Source: Phycisphaeraceae bacterium
Lineage (GTDB): Bacteria > Planctomycetota > Phycisphaerae > Phycisphaerales > Phycisphaeraceae
Direction: 5' to 3'
Length of the DNA stretch: 64,000 bases
Assembly: GCA_963674705.1 (NCBI GenBank)
Contig: OY771506.1
Coordinates: 1,760,001 to 1,824,000 of the forward strand
Below, piece by piece: positions 41,673 through 50,047 of this stretch. The translations under genes were made by a program, and so were the position numbers. Under the pieces are notes generated by a model. That model had not been told where the DNA came from. It saw only the letters and a program-made list of their open reading frames with translations, and did not search any database. How positions within the stretch are numbered: the stretch's first letter is position 1; every line of letters begins with the position of its first letter.

Positions 41673-41947
41673 TCAACAGTCACAAGCAATACCGGGTGTC
41701 GCACCTTGTTCGGTAGAACAAGGTGTGTTTTATATGAAGATGATTTAGCCACAGATGAACACAGATAAACACGGATGAAGGCGCCTGTATTACGTAGCTA
41801 TACAGTTATGTTGTGTGTTAATAGCACATTTGATTTCACTCCCTCTCCCCGCGGGAGAGGGCCGGGGTGAGGGCCGTATGTCATGTTGTGAACAATCGAG
41901 CAAATAACGCTTAATCAATCCAGCCCTCATCCTTGCCTTCTCCCGAG

Positions 41948-42934
41948 GCAACAAATTCGATCTACGCCCAAAAGTCTTGCCAAATAAACAGTTCGCCCTC
42001 ATGCTGGCGGTTTTGATCACGTTCCTTTGGCAAGGAGGCCAGCGATGGAAGGCGAACTGTGGGATCAACTGTATCACTGGGTGAAGACGGAGGCCAGCCG
42101 GTGGCCGCGCAGGCGGCGGGTGTGGTTCAGCGACGCGTGGATATTGCTCGTGTATCTCTGGTCGGTGCTGCACGATCGGCCTCAAGGCTGGGCCTGTCAA
42201 TCGCGGCACTGGCAGGCGTCGTTGTTGCGGGCCCGGCCGCTACCCAGCGTCTCGCGTTTGAGTGAACGGCTGCGTCAACCGTCACTGCGTCTGTTGTTTG
42301 AAGCGGTGATGCGTGAAGCACGCACGCATCTGCCGACGCGGTTGATCAAGTGCATCGACGCCAAGCCGCTGCCGGTCGGCGGTTACAGCAAAGACCGCGA
42401 CGCGAAGTGGGGCCAGGCCGCACGCACGAAAGCCCGAGGATACAAGCTGTTTGCGATCTACGAAGGCGCAGCGGTCGACAGCTGGCGGATCGGACCGATG
42501 AACGCATCGGAAACCTTGGTCGGCCGACAACTGCTACGCGAAGCGGCGCGTTACGGCGGCGGTTACCTGTTGGGCGACGGCTTGTATGACGCTAACCCTT
42601 TGCACGCTGTTTGTCATCAACACGAATTACAACTGGTTGCGCCCCGCAAACGACCGGGCACCGGGTTAGGTCATCAACCGCATGAGCCGCCGCGTCTGCG
42701 TTCGATCGAACTGCTGGAAGGTGGCGGTGTGTTTGGCCAAGCGTTGTTCGCTTGTCGCATCGGTATCGAACAACGCCTGGCCCAGGCCGGCAACCTCGGC
42801 TGCGGCTTAAGCCCGTTACCCAACTGGGTCCGCCGCCCCCACCGCGTCGCCGCTTGGATCGCAGCGAAGCTGCTGATCCTTACCGGCTGGAACTATAAGA
42901 AACAGACACTTACAGCGTAGATCGAATTTGTTGC
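41948..42934 (+). mobile_element. Complete insertion sequence, 987 bp, 20-bp perfect TIRs, 3-bp TSD (GAG)
   Basis: GCAACAAATTCGATCTACGC at 41948-41967 and its reverse complement at 42915-42934; GAG at 41945-41947 and 42935-42937. Confidence 0.93.
42045..42920 (+). CDS. DDE transposase (IS4/IS5-like superfamily)
   Basis: IDAKPL, DRDAKWG, GYKL, LLGDGLYD, RIGIEQ; AAGGAGG SD; stop codon lies inside the right TIR. Confidence 0.9.
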   Translation: MEGELWDQLYHWVKTEASRWPRRRRVWFSDAWILLVYLWSVLHDRPQGWACQSRHWQASLLRARPLPSVSRLSERLRQPSLRLLFEAVMREARTHLPTRLIKCIDAKPLPVGGYSKDRDAKWGQAARTKARGYKLFAIYEGAAVDSWRIGPMNASETLVGRQLLREAARYGGGYLLGDGLYDANPLHAVCHQHELQLVAPRKRPGTGLGHQPHEPPRLRSIELLEGGGVFGQALFACRIGIEQRLAQAGNLGCGLSPLPNWVRRPHRVAAWIAAKLLILTGWNYKKQTLTA

Positions 42935-43057
42935 GAGGGGAGAAGGGAGGAAGTTAATCCGATATGTGCATATATATGTACAAATGAAGCATCTGATTTG
43001 CAGCAGCATCTTTGATCATCTGTCTTTATCTGTGTTCATCTATGGCTAAATAACAAT

Positions 43058-43852
43058 TCAAAAAACCCGCTCCACCGCACCCGCCGCGATCAGCGCCGCA
43101 CCCAGCGCACCTGTGATCTGTGGCGTCTTGGGCATCACGATCTGCTTTTCAATCGCGTCGCTTAGCATCTTGTCCATCCTGTTGACGCGCGCTACGCCGC
43201 CGGTGAAAACGACGGGCTCTTTCAAGCGGTGTCCGCCCATGCCGGCGATGCGTCTTGAGATCGCGATCTGCACGCCTGCCGCGATATCACTTGGCTCATG
43301 ACCCGACGATAACAGGCCGATGATTTCCGTCTCCGCGAACACCGCACACATGCTCGATATCGTCGAGGGTTCTTTGCTTTGCGATGCGAGTTTGCCCAGC
43401 TCTTCAAGGTCTACATCCAAACGCTTGGCGACCATTTCAAGAAAGCATCCCGTCCCCGCGGCGCAGCGGTCGTTCATCGTAAAGTCTTCAACGCGCCCGC
43501 TTTCATCCAGGTGAATGACTTTCGAGTCCTGCCCGCCGATCTCGATGATCGATCTTGCATCGGGCAAAAGCATGCGTACGCCGCGCGCGTGGCAGGTGAT
43601 CTCGGTTACAGCTTTATCCGCAAAATCCAGCAGGTGGCGTGCGTATCCGGTCGCGACAACCGCTTCAATATCATCCAGAGACCTGTCGGCATCTTTGACC
43701 ACACGCTCGTACAACGCGCGCGACCGTTGTGCCTGGTTCGTCTGCGAATCATCAACGCCGCTTGCCAGAATCTCCGGCCCCTGGCCGTTCACCTCCAGCA
43801 ACACCACCTTGATGCTGCGCGAACCCGCATCGATACCCGCAAATAACATCAC
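43058..43852 (-). CDS. Acyl-CoA dehydratase activase (ASKHA ATPase, HgdC/BadF-like)
   Basis: GIDAGSRSIK, ATGYAR, EITCHARG, EIGGQDSK, NDRCAAGTG, SMCAVFAETE, FTGGVA. Confidence 0.93.
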   Translation of the reverse strand: MMLFAGIDAGSRSIKVVLLEVNGQGPEILASGVDDSQTNQAQRSRALYERVVKDADRSLDDIEAVVATGYARHLLDFADKAVTEITCHARGVRMLLPDARSIIEIGGQDSKVIHLDESGRVEDFTMNDRCAAGTGCFLEMVAKRLDVDLEELGKLASQSKEPSTISSMCAVFAETEIIGLLSSGHEPSDIAAGVQIAISRRIAGMGGHRLKEPVVFTGGVARVNRMDKMLSDAIEKQIVMPKTPQITGALGAALIAAGAVERVF

Positions 43853-45246
43853 TGCCTCCGCCCTCGCGCGGTTTCCATCAACGCCTCCAACCGCGTCCTC
43901 AGTGCCGGACGAACCGCATCAATCACAGTCGGCACCTCTACTTCAACAACAGGCAATCCCAAACCGTCACGCACCATCTTACCAATCACCTCGCCTTCAA
44001 ACGCACAGTGACTTGCGCCGGGGATTCGGCTGACGATCACCGCCTCGCAGCCGAACTTCTGAATCTCACGACAGATCATCCGCGCTCGATCGGCGGTCGG
44101 CCCAACCATCGGATCGCCCAGCGCCGTTCTCGCCAAGGCTTCAAAGGGTTCGACATCATCGGGGATCTGAGAAAGCGCGTGACAGAACATGTAATCCGTC
44201 CCGCTGATCCGCCCGCCGACTTCCTCAAGCAGGTTCATCACCTGAAGGTCCGCAACAGGATTCACCCAGAACACCCTGACCGCATCACCATCCAACACGC
44301 TGACATTCTGGTCAACGCGTCGCCTCGCCTCGGTTAGCAGTTCATCCAGCACCTCTACAGTCTGCTCGTAGTCGGAACAGTAATGTAGCGCAAGCATCTC
44401 CACTATGAGCATCTCAAGAGCGGGTAGCGGACACGGGTCGGAGGTATAAACCAGTTGCCGAAGCGAGCTGATCTTCTCGCGAACGGTGTTGGCTTTTCTT
44501 ATGCCCTCGGATAACTTGGCGCCGGTTAACGTTTGGCCCGTTGCTTTCTCGATTTCACCGGCAACACGCCTTAATTCATTACGCACCAAGTCGACTTGCG
44601 ATGATGCCGCGGTGAATCCGCTTGGTAATCGAACAGATGTTTCGTTAGCGCCCGCCAGTCGGCGCGGCGGCACTTCCCACCACAAGACCGGGTGTCCCAT
44701 CGCCTCGACGCGCTGCGCGATCGCGGAAAAATCATCGCACACCGCGCCGACGCTGCAGATAAGCAGGTCGGGTGTCGGGAAGTGGTTGCCCGTTTCAAAC
44801 GCGCCGACCATCGCACGCACCGGGCAGAACGATTCATCAATGCCCAGTTTATCCGCGACGCGCAGCAACCCCGCGCTGTGCTGCATCACGCACGGTATCC
44901 ACCACGCGCCGTCCGGATAGAACGTGGCCACGTTATCCAACGCGTACGCCATCACCGGCACCGTGCCCAGGTCCTTCATCGCGCCGATGATCGTCCGCCC
45001 GGCCTCGCGATCGGCCTGCAAACGATCTTCTTCACTCAATAGCAGATTCCACAATCGAAGCGCTGCCGGCGAATTGTCAAAACGCAACGACGCAAGACGC
45101 AGATCGCCATCCTCAAAGTGCCTGCCTAACGGGCCGTTGTAATCCGGGCCTGGCATCCCGGCTTTATATAAGCATTCGTAGCGTTCATCCCACTGCTGAA
45201 GCGTGATTGATTTAGGCTCATCCGAGATGTTGTGTTTCTCGTTCAT
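43849..45246 (-). CDS. 2-hydroxyacyl-CoA dehydratase family Fe-S protein
   Basis: FCPVRA, VCDDF, SHCAFE, LRTRLEALME; ATGA/TGATG coupling at both ends. Confidence 0.8.
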   Translation of the reverse strand: MNEKHNISDEPKSITLQQWDERYECLYKAGMPGPDYNGPLGRHFEDGDLRLASLRFDNSPAALRLWNLLLSEEDRLQADREAGRTIIGAMKDLGTVPVMAYALDNVATFYPDGAWWIPCVMQHSAGLLRVADKLGIDESFCPVRAMVGAFETGNHFPTPDLLICSVGAVCDDFSAIAQRVEAMGHPVLWWEVPPRRLAGANETSVRLPSGFTAASSQVDLVRNELRRVAGEIEKATGQTLTGAKLSEGIRKANTVREKISSLRQLVYTSDPCPLPALEMLIVEMLALHYCSDYEQTVEVLDELLTEARRRVDQNVSVLDGDAVRVFWVNPVADLQVMNLLEEVGGRISGTDYMFCHALSQIPDDVEPFEALARTALGDPMVGPTADRARMICREIQKFGCEAVIVSRIPGASHCAFEGEVIGKMVRDGLGLPVVEVEVPTVIDAVRPALRTRLEALMETARGRRQ

Positions 45247-46328
45247 CGCAACATCTCCAGGAATGCCGCGATGCGTCCCTCTGCGCGTTCGCATGTGGTG
45301 GCATCGACATCAAGGTCGATATCAATCACGGGGATCGGCGACAGTTGCTTGATGCGGTGCACCTCCGCGTGCCAGAGATCGCACCACAGACTTCTGCGCA
45401 GGATGATGCCTTTTACGTTGGTTTGTTTGATCGCATTAAGCAGCCAGTCGAAGAAGCGATCGTTCGGCCGTTGACGGATGTGCGGGATCTGCTGATAGGC
45501 GCTTGCCATCGCCTCGAACGGATCGTTATCGATCAGCGATTGGTCGATCGGTTCGGGCAGGCCGCGCTGGCCGTAGTCCGTTGCATCAAGCGCGACGTGG
45601 CCGCCGTGCTGCTTGATTGTGTCGAACAGCCACCACTGATAGCGAGGCAGCTCGGAACCAAGCAGGGCGATGGGGGTAGCAGATGAGTCCCGTGACTCCG
45701 TGGCGCGGGGTGCCACACTTTGACCCGAAGGGCAAAGTGTGTCTTCATGAGCACACTTTGCTGCTGCGCAGTCAAAGTGTGGCACCCGAGGCGCGCGATG
45801 CGCGTGTTCGGGTTTACCGTTGGTGTCACCATGCATTGCAGCTAAAGCCGTAGCGCGTTCCCGGCCGGTCATCGTTTGAAGTTGCATGCGGACGTCTTCT
45901 CGCTTGACTTCGTAAGCGATCAAGATGCTTTTCAAACGACCGGGCGTCGGTGATGTGCCGCCGATGGATTCGAGAAAGTTCCCGAGTCGATGCAGTTCAT
46001 CGCGATAACAACGCTGCGCTGATTCGCTCTGCCAGGTGGCCGGGATGTGCAGGAGCATTGTTGGTGTGTGATGCCTGCCGGGTGTATTCAATGCTTCACT
46101 GGAGCGTCGCAGTTGATCGCATATCGAAGCGACGATCACCGCTGCGACATTCTCGTGCATGGTTGCCTGTGTGATATACACCTGCGACCATGTGCAGCAC
46201 CCATCAACCGATATGGGTGCGCGGTTCTCATTGAATGGTTTGTGGTTGCACGGGCGGAACGGTTGAAAACCATGCGCCTCGATCCACTCGGGAGGGATGT
46301 ACGCCGAGTTGTAGCAGATTCGCTTCAT
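45243..46328 (-). CDS. 2-hydroxyacyl-CoA dehydratase family subunit carrying an in-frame repeat insertion
   Basis: YIPPEWIEAHG, SICDQLRR, WCDLW, GRIAAFLEML. Confidence 0.8.
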   Translation of the reverse strand: MKRICYNSAYIPPEWIEAHGFQPFRPCNHKPFNENRAPISVDGCCTWSQVYITQATMHENVAAVIVASICDQLRRSSEALNTPGRHHTPTMLLHIPATWQSESAQRCYRDELHRLGNFLESIGGTSPTPGRLKSILIAYEVKREDVRMQLQTMTGRERATALAAMHGDTNGKPEHAHRAPRVPHFDCAAAKCAHEDTLCPSGQSVAPRATESRDSSATPIALLGSELPRYQWWLFDTIKQHGGHVALDATDYGQRGLPEPIDQSLIDNDPFEAMASAYQQIPHIRQRPNDRFFDWLLNAIKQTNVKGIILRRSLWCDLWHAEVHRIKQLSPIPVIDIDLDVDATTCERAEGRIAAFLEMLR

Positions 46329-46349
46329 GGTTTGTCTGAAGTCGGGACG

Positions 46350-47591
46350 CTATGTTGGCTGTGCTGTCGGTCTTGTATTCACCATTTCGAACAATGCTTC
46401 AAGCCGTACCGCGATGCGCTGGCTGTCCGCCGGGGCGTAGTCTGTGACGATCTTCATGTAGGGCAAGCCGAAACGTTCTTCGCTCTGCTGCTTGAGTAGC
46501 GCCGCTTCGACTTCATAGGTCAGGCAGCCCTGCCAGATCAGTTCGACGATGCAGTCGGGTTTGTAGTCGTCAATCAACTTCTCGATCATGTCGAATCGCA
46601 ACGTGTTCGGCGTCATGACAGAACAGGGCAGGTGGAAGTACTTCTCAGCGAGCGCTTCCATCGGATCGGCGTCTTCACGCACATCATCAAGGATGGGTTT
46701 AAGCCCGGTGCAGTTTTCCATCGCAACGATGCGCCCACCGTTATCTTCGATCAGGTCGACGACGCGCTCCGCGCCGTGCGCGATGGGCACACCCGTGACG
46801 AGTACGCGCACTTCCCGGTTCTTGCTAGAAGTTTCGCCGCAGCATTCGGCGCTACCGAGCTTATCAAGGATGGTTTGATACTCGGCAAGGTCTTCGCATA
46901 TCCCGCTGATACTGCTCTTGAGATTAAGTAACTGTCGGCCGGTTAATGGCGGATTATCACGTTTCATCAATGCAGCAAGTTCGCGACGCAGGCGGCGCTC
47001 CTTGTTCATCAGCTCGATCGCGTCGCGGATCTTTTCATCCGTGATCTTGGTGTTGAACTGCTGTTCGAGTTTGGTTTTCAGTTTGTTCAGTTCGATGCGC
47101 CAAAGCGCAAGCGAATCGGGGTCGTCCGGCTTCTGTGGCAATTCAAGGATGTAGACCGGGCGAGATTCGGCCATCAGTTCGTACATCTTCTTCTTGCCGT
47201 CGCAGGTTGTTTCGGCAACGATGAGGTCCGCCATCTCGAGGAACGGATTGTTCTTCTGCATGTGATAGCCGAACGTGCTCTTGATAAGCGGGCACAACCC
47301 GGCGGGCAGAACGGACTCGGCGGCGAGCGCGGTTGTGTGTGATCCGCCACACAAACAGACGGGCACGGCTCCGGCGGCGAGGATCAATTCGCGTGGCGTG
47401 AACTCGCAGAGGATGCCGACGATCGGTTTACCATCGGCCTTGGCTCGCTCGGTGTAGGCCAAGCAGTTTTGGATCATATGGTCAAATCGGCAGGCGTTGG
47501 CGGCCGGGTTATCCACCACTGTTTGGGCGCACGCGTCTGTCGCGTTTGAGGTGCATGCGCACGGATTTGAACTCGGGCAGCAGTCGCTCAT
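46350..47591 (-). CDS. 2-hydroxyacyl-CoA dehydratase family protein, double-cubane-cluster reductase-like
   Basis: LCEFTPRELILAAGAVPVCLCG, LCPLIKS, ETTCDGKKKMYE, MENCTG, LPCSVMTPN, RLEALFEM; Cys-rich N-terminus. Confidence 0.85.
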   Translation of the reverse strand: MSDCCPSSNPCACTSNATDACAQTVVDNPAANACRFDHMIQNCLAYTERAKADGKPIVGILCEFTPRELILAAGAVPVCLCGGSHTTALAAESVLPAGLCPLIKSTFGYHMQKNNPFLEMADLIVAETTCDGKKKMYELMAESRPVYILELPQKPDDPDSLALWRIELNKLKTKLEQQFNTKITDEKIRDAIELMNKERRLRRELAALMKRDNPPLTGRQLLNLKSSISGICEDLAEYQTILDKLGSAECCGETSSKNREVRVLVTGVPIAHGAERVVDLIEDNGGRIVAMENCTGLKPILDDVREDADPMEALAEKYFHLPCSVMTPNTLRFDMIEKLIDDYKPDCIVELIWQGCLTYEVEAALLKQQSEERFGLPYMKIVTDYAPADSQRIAVRLEALFEMVNTRPTAQPT

Positions 47592-47593
47592 GA

Positions 47594-48403
47594 TCAGGCC
47601 TCCCGTTTGTGCGCGATGAAGCGCGCCTGGATGATCCGCTTCTCGTGCGCCAAGGTGCGCACAAACCCAAGCTCGCCGGCGATCTGCTGTAGCAGCGATT
47701 GATCGAAGCCGATGATCTTCAGCGCATCGTACGTCAGTTGTTTACTGACCATATCTATATAAAGATCGACATGCGGCGGGAACTGGCCGGTGTCGTCGGC
47801 TTCGAGGACGTCGCAGTTGTTGGCTTCAAGCAGATGCCGATAGTCATCGCATGTGGCGAAGGAGGGGAACTTCATGAAGGCGAGGAAACGCTGGGCCTGC
47901 TCATCAGACAAGCCGGCGGGGCCCTCGCACCAGTCGGTGAAGGCGATGGTGCCCCCGGGCTTGATAAGGCGAGTGGCTTCTTTTATAAGCGATGGTTTAT
48001 CATCAACATAGCACCACGCGTCCTCGCCCCAGACAAAGTCGAATTGCCCGTCGGGCAGGCCGGTATCGATCGCCTTGGCGAGTATGAACGTGGCCCGATC
48101 GGCGTAGCCCTCGTCGGCGCAGCGTTGCTTGCCGAGGTCGATCATGGCCGAGGTCATGTCGACGCCATGCATCCTGTCGACATCGCGGAATCGAAGCAGG
48201 AACCGCATGCCCGCGCCGCTGCAGCAGCAGAGGTCGACGCCGGTGGTTTGGGGCTTGATTTGGGCCTTTTCAGCGAGATGCATGGAGGAAGTCAGCCCGC
48301 CGATGTGGATCTGCTCGCCCATAAGCAGTTCCCAGAGCTTGCCTTCGGCCCCGCTGTAGACAGTTTGGATGTCGGATGATTGGATCGAGTCAAGTGAACG
48401 CAT
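47594..48403 (-). CDS. Class I SAM-dependent methyltransferase
   Basis: IHIGG, motif I VDLCCCSGAG, GVDMT, FDFVWGEDAWCY, IKPGGTIAFTDW. Confidence 0.9.
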   Translation of the reverse strand: MRSLDSIQSSDIQTVYSGAEGKLWELLMGEQIHIGGLTSSMHLAEKAQIKPQTTGVDLCCCSGAGMRFLLRFRDVDRMHGVDMTSAMIDLGKQRCADEGYADRATFILAKAIDTGLPDGQFDFVWGEDAWCYVDDKPSLIKEATRLIKPGGTIAFTDWCEGPAGLSDEQAQRFLAFMKFPSFATCDDYRHLLEANNCDVLEADDTGQFPPHVDLYIDMVSKQLTYDALKIIGFDQSLLQQIAGELGFVRTLAHEKRIIQARFIAHKREA

Positions 48404-48563
48404 GCTGGCTCCCGGGATTGATGCATGGTCGGAGTCGGTCCCGCCTCGGGGGATTGTACCAAGCTGCCGGCTATAAAGATATTGCTATCTGCAATAGGCG
48501 AGGCTATATTGGCGGGCATCTGAGACAGAGTCACGCATCAGTAAAACGAAAGGGGGCCGCAAC

Positions 48564-49967
48564 ATGCAACGTTTGATATGGTCATGCCTTACGGTGACGG
48601 CGGCGATTGTTGTATCCGCTGTGCCATCACCTGGTGGAGGCTCGGTAAGCGCAGCGGACGAAGCGCAGGGCGCGACGTGGCTGAGCTACTACCACAGCCA
48701 GGATGCCCGCAAGCGCCTAGGTTACGCGATCGGCGCGCGTGGGATGGAGATGACCGAGCAAAAGCCGGACGGTTTGAAACTGCCGGCGGACATCGGCGAG
48801 GACGTTCGGTACGGCAAGTGGGACACGCCGATGGATGAAGCGGGCTTCCGGTATGTGGCGCTTGCGCGCAGCGCGTACGGGCAGCTTTGCGATCAACTTG
48901 TCATCGATTCCGATGGTGACGGGCAACTCGATGATGAAACGATCTACGGCACGTACAACCTGCGTGTGTACGGCAGCGCGCGAGGTCGTGTGTACTTCGA
49001 TCCGGTTGCGATCGAACTTCAAACCGAAGACGGCCCGACGCTGTATCACTTGAACGTGAATGTGTATTGCGGCGGTCCCGGTTCGTACAACGTGACATAC
49101 AATGCGGGCGGCTGGTACCAGGGCACGGTGATGCTCAACGGCGAGCCGTTCGATTGCCAGCTATTGGACAACAACGCCAACGGCACGTTCAACGATACGT
49201 GCGAAGGTGATGAAGGATATGGCGACACCGATCGCGTTCGTTTCGGCGCTGCGAATACCGAAGCGATGATGACCGGGCATTACGTGAAGAACGCGGACAA
49301 ATTTTACGCGTTCAGTGCGGCGAAAGATGGCGCGTATGTTACGGTGAAAGATGCGGACGGTTTAGCGGTCGGCAAGATCATTGTGCCGGAGGACTTTGCG
49401 TTCGTGAAAGTGTTCGGACCGGAGGGTTCGTTCAACATCAAGGCCGACAGCGATCAGGAAGTGCCTTGCGGCGACTATCATCTTGTCGCCTGGCAGCGCG
49501 AGGTGAAAGATGTGGCCGGCAAAGACTGGCGCTTCAACGGCGGCGGTTTCCCGGAACATGAAGCGATTGAAGTTGGGACGGATGAGCCGGTCACGCTGGC
49601 GCTGAGCGATCCGTGGAACGCAAAGATTACGGATTATGAACGGCCCGGCCGACACACGTTCAACCAACAGATCACCGGACGCTACGGCGAACAGATCAGT
49701 GCGTCTTATTCCAACGGCGGCCGACCCCCGGCGCCGAGGATGCACATCGTCAGCGAGGATCAGCAGTACGAGCGGACGTTCAAGTTCGAGTATGGGTGAG
49801 GCGGGACCTGTTCGCTCTCATGGCGAGAGCCTTACAACCAGGTCGGCCCCTACACCGCAACCCTTCTGCTGGACTATCCGGTCCAGATCGAATGCGAAGA
49901 TCTGATCATCGGCAAAGCTGCTGAGGATGCTTCCGAAGCAGACAATGCTGTCACGTTGAATGAATAA
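48564..49967 (+). CDS. Exported protein, predicted selenoprotein (UGA at 49797-49799; FEYG-U-GGTC)
   Basis: Signal peptide; the frame continues 55 codons past the TGA to TAA at 49965-49967; motif and hairpin shared with the 56751 gene. Confidence 0.85.
49805..49844 (+). promoter_or_regulatory. SECIS-like hairpin
   Basis: GCTCTC(49814-19)-ATGGC-GAGAGC(49825-30) on a lower stem GACCTG/CAGGTC; loop starts 20 nt after the UGA. Confidence 0.8.
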
Positions 49968-50047
49968 CAGCGTGGCGGCTGTGCTGTGGTGTGTGCGGTG
50001 TGTTTGAACTTTGTCTGAATCTATCTATTCAAACGAAAGGGGGCGTT

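Noticed and set aside
43849..47596. TGA stops within the dehydratase operon as Sec codons
   Set aside because: They overlap or abut the next start codon (TGATG/ATGA coupling) and fall at natural family C-termini.
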